Origin: Adineta vaga
Taxonomy: Eukaryota > Animalia > Rotifera
Reading direction: 5' to 3'
Assembly (NCBI GenBank): GCA_021613535.1
Contig: CP075492.1
Coordinates: forward strand, 17,794,001-17,858,000
Length of the DNA stretch: 64,000 nucleotides
Shown: one piece after another, positions 1-12,701 of the stretch
Numbering within the stretch: position 1 is the first letter of the stretch
How the letters are laid out: every line of letters begins with the position of its first letter
Made by a program: the position numbers and the translations under genes
The notes under the pieces: model-generated
Told to the model about the DNA's origin: nothing
Seen by the model: the letters and a program-made list of their open reading frames with translations, nothing else
The model's database searches: none

Positions 1-360
1 ACATGTGGGGAATCAGTTTCGTCATCAGATTGATTCTTTCCAATTCCCGGAATCGTAAGGGTTTCTTTATAACTGATGACCAAAGACGGACATTGATTCT
101 GCCATGTTCAACATTGAGATACAGGTTGTGTTCTTTCAATAAAAACATTATTTCTTAAAATAATTTTGTAAACAAAAAATATTTTATTTGTACAAATAAT
201 AGAAACAAAAAAAACTTCTTCTTTTCACATCTTAAGATCATAAATAATTTGTTTAGTTGATAAGTCGAGTTATTGTTATATTGGTGGTCCATGTAATACT
301 CAAGTTAAAGGTATTGGTTTAACACTTGATGATATTTTACGTCATAGAATTAATCGAAAT

Positions 361-1296
361 ATGACGATAAAAGATCAACCATTTGTTATCAAAATAAGTG
401 CTGCTTTGACAATGATTATGCTTGTTGTGGGTGTTCTAAGTAGCATTTGTTCAATTTTAACATTTCAAAATGAAATTTTACGAAAAGTTGGATGTGGAGT
501 GTATCTTTTAGCATCATCGATAACTTCTCTTTTAACAATTATTATGTTTACAATTAAATTTTGGTTTATTCTTGTTACACAAATGAACAATATATCTATT
601 CATTTATCTATTCTTGAAGGTGGTTGTAAATCAATTGAAAGTCTTCTTAAATTTTTCATTTATTGGGATGCTTGGCTCAATGCATGTATAGCTATTGAAC
701 GTGCAATTAATGTTTATAAAGGAATTCGATTTAATAAAGAAAAGAGTAAACGTTATGCGAGATGGATTATATTTATCTTGCCATTTTCTATCATGGCTAC
801 AATCATTCATGAACCTTTATATCGTCAAATCTTCAATTATGGAATAAAGGAAATGAACGTAATCCATACATGGTGTACAACTTCTTATTCAGAATCAGTT
901 CAAAAGTATAATACAGCCATTTTATTTATTCATCTTCTTGGTCCATTCTTTGCAAATCTTTTCTCTGCTTTATTCATTATTATTGGAAATGCTCGACGAA
1001 GAGTAGAAGCTCAAAAAAGACAAACATATAAACAACATATTTATGAACAATGGAAAGAACATAAACAACTTGTTATCAGCCCCACAATTCTTCTTCTTCT
1101 ATCATCACCACGTTTAATCACTTCTTTGTTATCTGGATGTATCGATGTATCTGGTCATTTATGGTTACATCTTTCTGCTTATTTTATTTCATTTTTACCA
1201 TCAATCCTTTTCTTTGTTGTTTTTGTTATTCCATCGACTTTGTATAGAAAAACTTTCAAAGAATCGGTTCTTCGACTTTGTCGAAGACAACGATAA
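361..1296 (+). CDS. Rhodopsin-like 7TM GPCR (probably the C-terminal part of an EGF-GPCR gene)
   Basis: Seven hydrophobic segments and ACIAIER (DRY-like). The frame stays open upstream to ~244 with CYIGGPCNTQVKGIGLTLDDILRH, so the gene may be 5'-incomplete. Confidence 0.8.
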   Translation: MTIKDQPFVIKISAALTMIMLVVGVLSSICSILTFQNEILRKVGCGVYLLASSITSLLTIIMFTIKFWFILVTQMNNISIHLSILEGGCKSIESLLKFFIYWDAWLNACIAIERAINVYKGIRFNKEKSKRYARWIIFILPFSIMATIIHEPLYRQIFNYGIKEMNVIHTWCTTSYSESVQKYNTAILFIHLLGPFFANLFSALFIIIGNARRRVEAQKRQTYKQHIYEQWKEHKQLVISPTILLLLSSPRLITSLLSGCIDVSGHLWLHLSAYFISFLPSILFFVVFVIPSTLYRKTFKESVLRLCRRQR

Positions 1297-1360
1297 CATA
1301 ACAATTCTGGAAATATTTCCCAATAAATTCATTAGTAAGACAAAACAGCAAAAATTTTCA

Positions 1361-1418
1361 TCTTGAGGATGTGGGTGGTCTTTCAATATAAGCCATACTC
1401 TAACCCACATCCTAAAGA
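1361..1418. repeat. Telomere-like palindrome P1
   Basis: TCTTGAGGATGTGGGT ... ACCCACATCCTAAAGA, between the GPCR and NHL genes. Confidence 0.9.
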
Positions 1419-1458
1419 TAATCATTGAACCGAAACGAACTTAAATTAAGTATAAAAA

Positions 1459-2958
1459 CTAAACAGTACAGTAACGCGAAGTACAATACGGTGGTCTTAT
1501 GAGGAAAAACACATAAAAACTATCGCATTTTGTCACTGACACTGTGTTCGACCAAATGCATGGATTTCCACTCCAATGGTAACAAACAGTTCCAGATACG
1601 GTGATGCCAATTTCGGATGGAAATGCACCAACAAACCAACCGGTGGCTTCGGTTCCGCATCGATTTATAGGTACAACATATTGAACTAGCATTGTTCCTG
1701 CACCATTCGAGAAGCGAAACCATGATCCTGAATTTATTATTGGATCTGATTGATCGCACAATTTAATTGTAGATAGACTATTAATATTTCGTGTACTATC
1801 GGTGATCAATATATAATTTGAACATTGTGAGGGAAGAGAAGACGTCGTAGTTGTTATTGTACTCACTAAATGCACGTACAAATTAAAAAAAAGGAAAACG
1901 TGTTAGAAGAATGGAATAAATAAATTCATTGAATAATACAGAATCAATATACTTACTACAATCATTTTCAATTAAATGAAACTTTTGAATGCGATGATTA
2001 TTTGAATCTGTAACGAAGATATTACCGTTACTATCGAATGCCATTGTATGTGGATGATTCAACTGATTGGCTGATGTTCCACTTGTACTTGAACATCCAA
2101 ATAAACACTGAAATTCATCGAATATTGAACGAATAATTCGATGATTTCCACTATCGACAATAAATAAATGACCATTGCCATCTCGAATGACACATGTTGG
2201 ACGATTCAAAATGAAACTAATTCTTGCTCCGTATCCAGCTATTGTAATTGCATTTATTTCACCTGGATGGAAAAGTTGAATTCGATTGTTATAACTATCG
2301 GCGACGATCAGATGAAACTCATTATCAACAAAAATTCCATATGGATGATCGAGCATATTCATCAATGGTCCAGGACATCCAGTACCCGCTATAATCGTCG
2401 GTCTTAGTGTGATACTATTATAATCTAATTTATAAACAGAATGTGTCTCTGCTGATGAACAGTAAAGACTATTGATTATATCAACAAAAAGTCCCGTACA
2501 TGAACTAGATATTTTCATGACCGGTTTATTGAAAGTACTGTTCCATGACCATTTATCTACTCGATTATGGCTATTTCCATTGTCAATATAGATATCATTA
2601 TTGTCATCAACGAATAGACTCGATGAATTAATAAACTTTCCCGTGATAATTTTCCTGCAATTTATCAATTCTTCGTAACAGATAACAATCTGACTGTTTT
2701 CTGGCTCGGTTACAAAAATGTAGTTCTTTTGATTGATAAAGATATTAGTTGGCTGTTGGCCAATAAAACTTTGATTAACTAATGTGATTGCTGTATCATT
2801 CCATCTCACACATGAACTGAATTTAGGTTGATTAAAAGAAATACCTAAGAAAATAAAATGAAAAACTTCATTTTGATTTAACTATATAAAAGTATATATT
2901 TACCTAAACAATTTTGAATAATCACTACAAAAATAATTATCCAAGTTTTCAGTAACAT
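1459..2958 (-). CDS. Secreted NHL-repeat protein with C-terminal uromodulin/GP2/OIT3-like D8C domain (3 exons)
   Basis: Signal exon MLLKTWIIIFVVII (ATG at 2958). Exon 2 has FNQPKF..C.RWN and NHL repeats (VADSYNNRIQ, VTDSNNHRIQKF). Exon 3 has a Thr linker then WFRF..CGTEATGW..VCYHW..RYCT. GT-AG introns. Confidence 0.85.
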
Positions 2959-3408
2959 GCGAATCAAGTCTTATTCTTTATAAAACTTTAAATTTGCTTA
3001 ATATATCATTTCATGAGAGAAATTTTCATAAACAAGAATAAAATTTATTATTTAATACAAATTCAATCTAACGGTAATTTAATCCTTCAAAAAAAAACAA
3101 ATCATGACATCCGACAAATAGTATTTATTTAGAAAAGTCACGTACGATATTTTTTAAAATAAAGAATTGTTTGCATCAAATTATTTTTTTGTCAAAGATA
3201 AAAAAAAGCATTTCGAACATGATGGTTGACAGAATATAAATATGAATAAAATGAGACCTAAATCTTCATAAACATTATACATTGAATTTCGATTTATTTT
3301 AATATCATATTTAGATCTATGCACTGAAGAAATCTTAATTTTTTTCGATTCCTAGATCAATTTCAAGTCGAGTTTCTCATGAAGATATTTCTTTGATTGT
3401 TACACACT

Positions 3409-3472
3409 TTAGGGTGTGGGTGTGGGTGAGAAACAGGAGAATGTCTACACCTATACCCACACCCACACCCTG
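3409..3472. repeat. Telomere-like palindrome P2
   Basis: TAGGGTGTGGGTGTGGGT ... ACCCACACCCACACCCTG. Confidence 0.9.
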
Positions 3473-3733
3473 ATCCATATAGTCAGTATAGTAATTGCGA
3501 ACAAAAATTGAATGTAAGCAACCGTTACATAAGCGTCTCACCTGGCATTGTAAAAGAATTTTTCGATCGAATTCTCTTTACAAGAGCATTAGAATGAGAG
3601 AATTTATGAAGTATATGTATTCACTGTAAACAACAGAAAGAAAGCACGTGTGATGTTTTGTAATTGTTTATATTGGTTTGCAAGAGTCTTGAATTTTCAT
3701 AAATATTTTATTTATTATTAGATATTAAATACG

Positions 3734-6139
3734 ATGGATCACAAGAATGATTCGCTCGACTACAATACATTCAATTCAAAGAAAGATGTATCAATTACAA
3801 ATATCAATGAAAACATTCACGAAGAAAGAATGTCTCCTTCATATTTATCGTCAAAATATACTGTTCCTACAACGGAGAAGAATGAAGAACAATTTGATTC
3901 AATGTACGAAATTTTTAGTCATTATCGATCAAGAATATCAGACGATCAGATCAAGTCAAACTCTAAAACAAAGTCTGAGAAACGTAAGTTTTTTTTTTTT
4001 TGAATAATATTATTTTATAACTATTATATATGATCAAAATCTACAGTTATTTGTAATCTTCTTCAAATGGAAATAGAAGACACAAAAAATCTTGAAGATT
4101 TTTCTCTTATATGGTGTGATACTAATGTAAATTCATATGAGAACCAACAGATGCAACATGAACTACGCAAAGAAATCAATTTCTTCAAAGCATTCACGAC
4201 ATTCAAAGATTGTTTCTCATATATTCAATGTCATACAGATGAAAAAATTGTTTTAATTGTATCAACTATCTTAGTGAAAGAACTTGTCCCTATGATTAAT
4301 CATTTTCCATCTATAATATCGATTTATGTTTTGTATCAAAATGATGAGAAATGTAATCAATTGATAAATGAATATGAAAAGGTGAGTTTCAACGAACTGT
4401 TTTTATCGATTAATTTTTCAATTTTTTGTGAAACCGTTTAGGTAAAGATAATCTTCGGATCGTCTGAGAACTTGATTGACGAAATAAAAATTGATCAAAG
4501 AATAAGAAATAAAGCAGAAACCGAGCAGTTATCAATTAGTATCTTCGACTCCAAAAGCACTGTTGAATCTACACATGAAAAACGTGGGAGTGATTTTATG
4601 TGGTTTCAGTTAATTATTGAAGCTCTTATGAGATTCGAAGTTTGCAGCATGGTACTAGCGGTTAATGAACTTTTTGAAATCTGTAAAAAGCAATATATTG
4701 ATAATGAAAGAAACTTAGCCATTGTTAACGAATTAGAAACAGCGTACAGTGCAGAGAATGCTATTGAATGGTACACAAAAGATACTTTTGTTTACAGAGT
4801 GGTTAACAGAGCTCTAAGACAACAGGATGTCGACACGTTAATCTTATTCTCATTTCTAATTCGAGATATAAACAAACAATTGCAAGACGAGCAACATTTT
4901 ATCGATGATAGTATTAAAACATATCGTGGTCAGCTCATGTGTCAAGAAGAACTAGAAAGATTACAGATCAGTAAAGGGCAATTTATATCGATCAATACAT
5001 TTTTTTCAACAACACTTAACAGAGATCTAGCTCTTATATTTGCTGGTTCTGAGAATACGGACATGACAAAAAAGTCTGTTTGTTTTGAGATCACAGTCAA
5101 TACTCGTTTAAGTGCAACGAAACCGTTCGCTGCCATTGATCATCTTAGTGCTTTTGGAAATGGTGAAGAAGAAGTATTGTTCATGGCAGGAAGCATATTT
5201 AAATTAAATGATATTTCTATGGGCGAAAATGACAACATTTGGATGATCAATATAGAACTAGTCAATGATGAAGTTGATGAATTAAAGTCATTATTTGAAT
5301 CAATGAAAAATGAGATTGCACAAGAAACAGATTTTCTCTCGCTTGGAAATTTATTTCGTGTTCGAGGAAAAATTGATGAGGCTGAAAAATACTTCAAACG
5401 AGAAATTCGATCAGTACCCGAACATCATCCAAACTCATGGCGGTGTTGTGCCAGTCTTGGAAATATTGCTGCTGATAGAGGTCGTTTTGATCAGGCATAT
5501 GATTATCTTACAGCTGCACTTGAGCTTGCACAAAACTCACCACTTTTGGATCGTGGTTTCATAGGTGGGATATACACTAACTTAGGCGTTGTTTTAACAG
5601 CGATAGAAGATTATGAAAATGCTTGCAACCATTATTCTAAAGCTCTAGAAATCACTGTAGAAGTATATGGTAACAGACATCTCTATGTTGCAGATATTTA
5701 TCTCAATATGGGTAATGTGTATGCAGAGCAACATAACTATGACTTAGGTCTCTCAAACTATAATAAGTGCTTGGACATTAAACAGATATTACTCCCTGAT
5801 GATCATCCTGCGATTGCTCAAATATTGGTGAATATCGGAAATATACTGAGAAAACAACAAAAATGGAATTTATCTTTAGTTCACTATCAAAATGCGCTCT
5901 CTATCCAATTGAAATCCATTCCAAACCATACTTATACAGGCACTACTTACCTTAATATAGGTCGTCTTTATAACGATGCCTTTGAAAACTATAGTGAAGC
6001 GATGGACAACTACGAAAATGCTCTTATGATTTATTCCTCTGCTTTTCTCCCATCAGATCATCCAAACTGTATTTTACTCGAAAAATTAATTCATAAGTGC
6101 AAGACAGCTTTGGAAGCAAATGATGAGAAAAACACATAA
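3734..6139 (+). CDS. ADP-ribosyltransferase (R-S-E type ART) + TPR repeat protein (3 exons)
   Basis: Introns at ~3984-4046 and 4382-4441. ART motifs TYRGQ / FFSTT / EEEVL, then kinesin-light-chain-type TPRs (LPDDHPAIAQ..NIG). Confidence 0.9.
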
Positions 6140-6859
6140 ATTAAATTTACAGATGCGAAAATTTTTAGTTTAGACTTTTCTATTGAATCAAAAAAAGATA
6201 AATGAAAATAGTTTCTATTCTTATTCGAGAAAAATAATTTGATAACTTCGTGAAATCTTCATTTTTTTAAGTAGAAATTATGTGAATATTATTTATTAAT
6301 AATTACAATCTTAGATCTATATGTTTTGCTGAGTGAACTTCTTCTTATTTCTATTTGTTAACATCTTAACGAATAATTTAAAATGATCACTCAAAATTCT
6401 ATTTGTACTTTTGATCAATCATTATTTCCCATTGTCTTTTTATGCATAAAAATTCTATTTATCAATTAAAAAGTCTTTTGGTCCTTTTTTATCAATTTTG
6501 ATCAAGATCTTTGACACGAAAAAACATCGAACGAACAGACCAAGAGCTTCGACATGATACAAGATAAGACATAGTTAAATAAATGAATTGATATTTTCGA
6601 GAAAAAAATCTTATTTCGATTATTATTATTGGTATTAATATTTCCATAAAAAACTACTTTATGTTCCACAAAACGATAAATCATCGTCTTAAAAACACTT
6701 TAAAAAAATCGAATACAAATTTTCTAAACTAAATTACGTAATAATTAGATGCATAACAATACAGAAATCTCTTGTGCATCGTATCGGATCAATAAAATGT
6801 TTCGAATGTATTTGGACTTTGGTAAAAGGTATTTCATAGACTCATCGTTTTATCTTTGT

Positions 6860-7047
6860 CTTGAAAACACGTTTCTAATAATGCCTAAATGAAATATATT
6901 TTCGCATTTTAGAGGCGTTTGAACACATCTACAATTGGAAATGCGTAAAAACGCATCCAAATATATAAAGAGATCAATCATATTTCTATTGATAATGTGT
7001 CTAAACGCGTCTCAACACGTTTAGTCTGCGTTTCAGAGTTACATGGG
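6860..7047. mobile_element. Right-end remnant related to the 19869-20584 element
   Basis: ACGCGT/ACGCAT subterminal motifs ending in TTACATGGG. Confidence 0.4.
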
Positions 7048-7142
7048 AAATGAAAATAAAACGAAAGAGCAAAATAGTGTTTTGATGCCTTTTTTGACAT
7101 AACGACTTTTCTTTTCCATTTGTATATTGCTAGATCATTCAT

Positions 7143-7223
7143 CGAGATGGGTGTGGGTGTGGATGAAGACTGAACACCCACACCCACACCCTCACCCACA
7201 CCCACACCCACACCCACCCTCAA
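7143..7223. repeat. Telomere-like palindrome P3 (right arm duplicated)
   Basis: GATGGGTGTGGGTGTGG ... (CACCCA)nCCCTCA(CCCACA)nCCCTCAA. Confidence 0.9.
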
Positions 7224-7355
7224 TTGGACAAGTTTTAATGGCTACTTGATTATCGGCGCATTTATTTGTTTTGAAAGTCTATGAATCGTTACGATGACTA
7301 GAGAAAAAAAAACATCACAATTCGCTCGGGAATAAATAACGGGTTTCGGTTGAAC

Positions 7356-9338
7356 TTACTTTGATTTATGTAAAAATCGTTCAGAAGACGTAAGATCAGT
7401 TTTCGTAGATGGATCTACAAGTTTTTCATAGCATATTTTGCATTTAAATGAGCTTGAAGAATCGATTAATGAGAGAATACGTAGAAGACGTCTTTTTAGT
7501 ATATCCATTAGCTGTTGTTTCTGTTCAACTATTGGAACTGTCTGAAGATTATGCATAATAGACGAAATCGGACTATTATTTTCTACGCAAAAACAAACAT
7601 CTCGAAATATCCGTGTTGGGTTTTGATTTTTGCAGTATCGAAAGAGATAAGTGAACTTTGTATATATATCTTCTAGATTCGCTTCAAAAGAAGTCATAAG
7701 TTCTTTTACTGTGCGTGACAGATAATTTACTTCGTCTTCGAACAAGACAGCATTACTGATTTCGTTACTAATTTCGGACCCGACAAATGCACCATACCAG
7801 ACATCTGTTGATGAAATATTCCAGAATTGTTGCCAAGGTGTTAAACCATAAACAGATATGGAAGTACGATGTCCACCAGTATGAGCACCTTTGTGTTGAT
7901 AACAAAAAACAGGACTTTCACTATCTCCTTTTTGTGATGATCGACCTTTACCACTGTAGACTGCTTTACATGGTTGAAATTCATCTAATTTGTCAAATAA
8001 TAACTTTAAAGCTTTTTTACATTGTTCGCGAATTATTCTTTCTGATATTAGCTCACGGTGATACAATGACATAACTGCTAGGCAATGGCCCAAAACGTTC
8101 ATGGCAAATCGACGACAGGTAATAAACCAATCTGGCGTATGAACTGATTTTTCATTATAAAATAGAAGAAAACTATTCATAGCAATATCAATACTATCGC
8201 CATTATTCTGACCAACAATTTCGCCTAGAAGGGTATGCAAAGAGACGGATTTACCACTATGCACAATTTCCAGTACACGATGCAATAAATATAACCATTG
8301 GGCATGAGTGAGTAATCGATGGGAATTACGATCACCTACGACACCTATCAGCTGCTTTAACTCAACTATCTGTTGATCAAATATCTGGCGACCGTCCAAA
8401 ATTGTTCCAATTCTTGTACGTTGTAATAGTTCGCTGTGCGGCAGACAAAAGCATTTGATTTCTGAAAAATAATCTTGTAACGTCATTGCTTCCTGTCCAT
8501 GAATATCAAAGAAGTTTTTAGTAACATCATCCAGAGCTAATGATTTTACAACAGAACACTTGTTTTGTATAATAACGAGTACTGGTCGATAAGGTATTTG
8601 ACTGACTCCGTCATTCGCTTTCAATGCGAATTCATGACACCGAGTGAGATAATCTGTGGACGCAAGATCTTCATTCCCCAAAAGAATAACCACATCACTG
8701 AGAATGTAAGCAAGTTTTGGAAAATAGTCGGTGACGGCTTGTCGTCTCTGTTTAGCTTTCTCTGCTGTTCTTGTCAAACGCTCCCAACCGCGTCGTGCAT
8801 AAAGTAACAAGGGAAATCCTGATCCTTTTTCACCTTCATAGTCTAAGATAAGTGTTTTTATATTATTATTTGATTTGGAACCATAGCAATTCACGTTGCC
8901 AGTAGTAGCACCTTTTTTTTCCGTTTCATCGATACATACGGGGCCATTATTATTATAGTCATAGCTTGACTCACATAGTAGATGTCGTGCCACGAAACTT
9001 TTACCACTCGATGTATTACCTAAAAGACTAACAACAAAAACTTTGTCTTCTTGGTAACAACTCGAACTATGGATAGGTAAATTGTAATGACTGATTAAGT
9101 TTTGTTTTTCATTTTTTTCAATAGCGATTGTTAAAGTCTCTTGAATATCTCGCCATTGTTTATAAAAAGCATGACCCAAATCGAGTTTCCACGTTCCATC
9201 TATGTCATTCAGCGCAATTATTTCATTTTGTTGTTCCATGTTAGCGCGTGATTGAGTATCGGCATCGATTTTCGGTGGGATATAATCAGCGTTTAGTGTA
9301 TACGGTGGCGCAGATGGCTCTGGGTCGGTAGTATCCAT
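7356..9338 (-). CDS. P-loop GTPase of the GBP/atlastin-like superfamily, intronless
   Basis: 660-aa ORF with G1 GNTSSGKS, G2 GATTG, G3 LDYEGE and an AYILSDVVIL strand. Confidence 0.7.
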   Translation of the reverse strand: MDTTDPEPSAPPYTLNADYIPPKIDADTQSRANMEQQNEIIALNDIDGTWKLDLGHAFYKQWRDIQETLTIAIEKNEKQNLISHYNLPIHSSSCYQEDKVFVVSLLGNTSSGKSFVARHLLCESSYDYNNNGPVCIDETEKKGATTGNVNCYGSKSNNNIKTLILDYEGEKGSGFPLLLYARRGWERLTRTAEKAKQRRQAVTDYFPKLAYILSDVVILLGNEDLASTDYLTRCHEFALKANDGVSQIPYRPVLVIIQNKCSVVKSLALDDVTKNFFDIHGQEAMTLQDYFSEIKCFCLPHSELLQRTRIGTILDGRQIFDQQIVELKQLIGVVGDRNSHRLLTHAQWLYLLHRVLEIVHSGKSVSLHTLLGEIVGQNNGDSIDIAMNSFLLFYNEKSVHTPDWFITCRRFAMNVLGHCLAVMSLYHRELISERIIREQCKKALKLLFDKLDEFQPCKAVYSGKGRSSQKGDSESPVFCYQHKGAHTGGHRTSISVYGLTPWQQFWNISSTDVWYGAFVGSEISNEISNAVLFEDEVNYLSRTVKELMTSFEANLEDIYTKFTYLFRYCKNQNPTRIFRDVCFCVENNSPISSIMHNLQTVPIVEQKQQLMDILKRRLLRILSLIDSSSSFKCKICYEKLVDPSTKTDLTSSERFLHKSK

Positions 9339-9699
9339 TTATTCGATATCTGAAATATAAAATAGAAAAAAAATAAATAAAATGAACAATTAATCTATGC
9401 TAAGTGTCACGTCATGCGATTCCACGCAGTGAACGTATATATTTATGTAAATATATGAAGAGTTCTTTGTTGGAAATAAGCAGAAAAGTGGACTGAAAGG
9501 AGAGAGAGAGAACCAGAAGAGAAACATAAGATATATATGTATATTTTCACACACACACTTCATATAGAGAAACACATATACGTCATGTATATGTAAAAAT
9601 CCATATGATCATGTAGGAATACACCCTACTACACATCATACTGAGCTAGTCAAAAGTTTGACAACATTTTTTATCTTTTGAGAATATTTGATTAAAGAA

Positions 9700-10365
9700 A
9701 TACTGTGGAGGAATACGTTTTTTATGGAGCGATATAGAAATAAATTCTATACATAAGAACGTATAAAATTTACTATAAAGGAGCAGAATCAAAATAATTT
9801 TATGGGTTACATTGTAAAAATAAAAGTTTATCAATTTCCAACGTATAAATAATTCTTTTCTCCCTTTTTGAAGTGCTCTGTAAATCAAGAATGATTTTAT
9901 AACTTTGCCAAATAATGCGATTTAAAAATCTTTTCCCGTTTATGAGACCATCATAAACGATTTTTATCGTTGTTTATTCTCCCTTTATGCACTGTATATA
10001 TAAGAAAATGATTGAGGATGCTGGTGTAGAGATGAGATAAATCTATTCAATAATTTCAGCAACACCATCAAGAAAGAAAAAAATCTTTGTTGTTAATCTT
10101 TTGTATCGAACAGAATGTGAAACATAGATTTTATTATAATTCTGAAACAGAAGAATATCCAAAATTTCTTTTCATATTTTTAATTCCCTCTTTCCACCAT
10201 CGCAATATTAGAATGATTTTGAGATAAATTTTTCATCCATACTCTTCGAGTTTTGTGATAGCGTGAAAGAACTTCATAAGAATTACCAATAATATCATAT
10301 ATTTGACCAATATTATAATATAAGGCAGCTATATCGGGATGATCTGACGGTAAAATTTCCTTCAG
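9700..10365 (-). pseudogene. Decayed TPR gene fragment whose 5' end abuts palindrome P4
   Basis: Minus strand reads KEILPSDHPDIAALYYNNIGQIY, then frameshifts and stops. Confidence 0.6.
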
Positions 10366-10366
10366 G

Positions 10367-10421
10367 ATGAGGGTGGGTGTTGGTCAGACTATACTCTTAA
10401 TCTACACCTACATCCACCCTT
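10367..10421. repeat. Telomere-like palindrome P4
   Basis: TGAGGGTGGGTGTTGGT ... ACACCTACATCCACCCTT. Confidence 0.75.
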
Positions 10422-10810
10422 GTTCAGACAAAGACTTAATTCGATAAAATGACCAATCATAATCTCAACATCTCTTTTATTCTCATAACTTTGACATTCA
10501 TGTTTCATCATACATTGTATTAGACTTATATTTAATTGAGCAATAAAAATATTGGAATGAGCAATAATCAAATTTAGCAATAAATATATTAAATGAGCAA
10601 TATATATACTGAATGAGGGATAATTAGATGAAATGAGCAATAATTAATTTAAATAAAATAATGTGTGTATAAAAAGGGCAATAATAATCCGTTCATTTAA
10701 TACAAAAAAATGTTGAGGGGGCTCCGCCCCCTTAAACCTTATATTTTTCTGAGAAAATCATCAATTTTCTACGACAATTCTAAAAAATCTGAGGAGGCTC
10801 GAATGATTTC

Positions 10811-10854
10811 TAGGGGGGCTCAGCCGCCGTCAACTCCCCCTTGGCGCCGCCACT
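10811..10854 (-). mobile_element. hAT-like transposon terminus remnant
   Basis: Minus strand TAGTGGCGGCGCCAAGGGGG..GGCTGAGCCCCCC, a GC-rich terminus style common in hAT MITEs. A similar end lies at ~55557-55602. Confidence 0.35.
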
Positions 10855-10921
10855 AGGTGTAGGTGTGGGTGTGAGGGTAAGGGTGGGTCTGAATATAACA
10901 AAGACACCCACATCCACATCT
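10855..10921. repeat. Telomere-like palindrome P5
   Basis: GGTGTAGGTGTGGGTGTGAGGGT ... ACACCCACATCCACATCT. Confidence 0.8.
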
Positions 10922-12240
10922 TGCACCTCTCCATCATTCATGAAAAACTATATTTGCAAGCACACCATTGGTATGTCCATTAGATTGAAATATTGCAAAC
11001 CTCCACCTGAGGCAAAAAAGTAGAAATTGGTACAAAAAGAAAAAGAGGCAGACCATCGAAAGCAAAAAAAGCTTTATTGATTCAATGATTAGTTATATAT
11101 ATTCCATTTTTCTTTTTTTTCTTGCCAATTGTAAAGAAAAATAATGTAGTTTATTTTCTTTTTTGTTGCTCAAGTATGAAATTAATATTGTTATATAATA
11201 AACTATTTATTGTTCATTTAATATTATAAAATTGTTCAGATAATGTTTTCTTATTGCTCGAAAGTTACTGCTAAATCATGTTTTAATTATTGCTCATTCC
11301 AATATTTTCATTGCTCAAATAAATACAAGCCATTGTATTATACATTTATCACATCTAATTATTTTAAAAGATCTATCGAATATTTGGTTGGTTTCGTCCT
11401 TCGCTTGGATTTTTAAGTGTAATCACAAGGTTATATATCATTCTTTGTCTCATTACGAGTATATAAAAAGCGCTTGACGTGTTCTCATCTAGGTAACATC
11501 ACATAAAAATATATAAATAAATGTCTATAATCAAATACGCTTATATTACTTGATGATCTTGAAAGAGCATTAATAACGTATTCTTTGAGATTTGTCGATG
11601 ATTAATTAATCTGCGTCTTATAGAAGATACTTTATTTCTTTAAGAACACCTCTTTCTCGATTTTCATTGGCAGCTTGTTCATTACAGGACATATACAATA
11701 CTAATTATACTGAAGATAAAACTATATTTTTCTCTACCTATATTCGGTAATTATTTTGCAAGTTCGTGTTCTCTAATATCAAGTTTTTAAAAATCTTGTA
11801 AAAACTACCTGTAATTCTTCATTTGTGCTTAACTATCCTGTGCTTATAATTCCTTGTGCTCATCGTCATCGTTCATCAACTTTTATAATACTATAATACA
11901 CTTTTATGCAACACATTAGATAGATGATGTAAAACGGGATTGTCAAGAGAAAACTAACATTCATCCTTGAGATAGTATTAATATTTTTGTTTGTTCTCAA
12001 AAGAATGCAGAACAGAGCAGGATACGTTAAGGATTACGCAAATTTTAGCAGGGCAAGGCGGTTGCAGCAAAAAACTCATAGGCCAGAGTAGGGTATAGGT
12101 TACTATAATGTCTTACCCTGTCGACCTTTAGTCACGAGTTTGATGATTTATTTAGTCAATTTTTCGTTTTCCTATGCAAATTCATCAATATACACAAATA
12201 CTTATTTTATAAGAAAAAAGAAAAGTTCCGTGTATGTGCT

Positions 12241-12296
12241 TGGGTGTGGGTAGAGATCTCAGGCGGATGTAGTACCCACAACCTCACACACCCTCA
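12241..12296. repeat. Telomere-like palindrome P6
   Basis: TGGGTGTGGGT ... ACCCACAACCTCACACACCCTCA. Confidence 0.75.
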
Positions 12297-12701
12297 CCGT
12301 CATACGCGGATTTTGAAGGTGTTGTGAGAAAATAAGTACTACGAAGAACATGGTTGATTTTTGATAAAGATTCACTGCTCTTCATTGGTTGTGAAGAATT
12401 TTTTGTTTTCTCTCTCCACAGCCACCAATTTTACGAATGCTGAAGACTATTTCTATGACGAAAGTGACATTAGACTAATATGTCTAACGAAAATTCATAT
12501 GCTATACCAGCTGAATCGTCTGTTCAAAACATAAAGATACAAACAGTCTCCTATTGTATGCGTGTGTTTCATAGTAAAATATCAACTACAAAATACTTTT
12601 GTAATAACGACTTATACTGAATGCGATTAGACAATTGTTATTACAGATAATAACTTGAAATCAAACTAATCATGTCAATAATCGCCATAAAAATAGTGTC
12701 T

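Larger units (their letters stand above)
10519..11337 (+). mobile_element. Internally deleted MULE/Mutator-like element
   Basis: Inverted repeats TGAGCAATAAAAATATTGGAATGAGCAATAAT (~10537-10568) and ATTATTGCTCATTCCAATATTTTCATTGCTCA (~11286-11317). 10920-11088 encodes SWIM-like CTSPSFMKNYICKH plus the AT-hook KRKRGRP, with a frameshift. Confidence 0.7.

Noticed and set aside
6978-7223. Short ORFs with GVGVG / HPHPH / TPTPT / VWVWV runs (also 1201, 10841, 15223, 22804, 25730, 42138, 46770, 49584)
   Set aside because: They are translations of the palindrome arms, not proteins.
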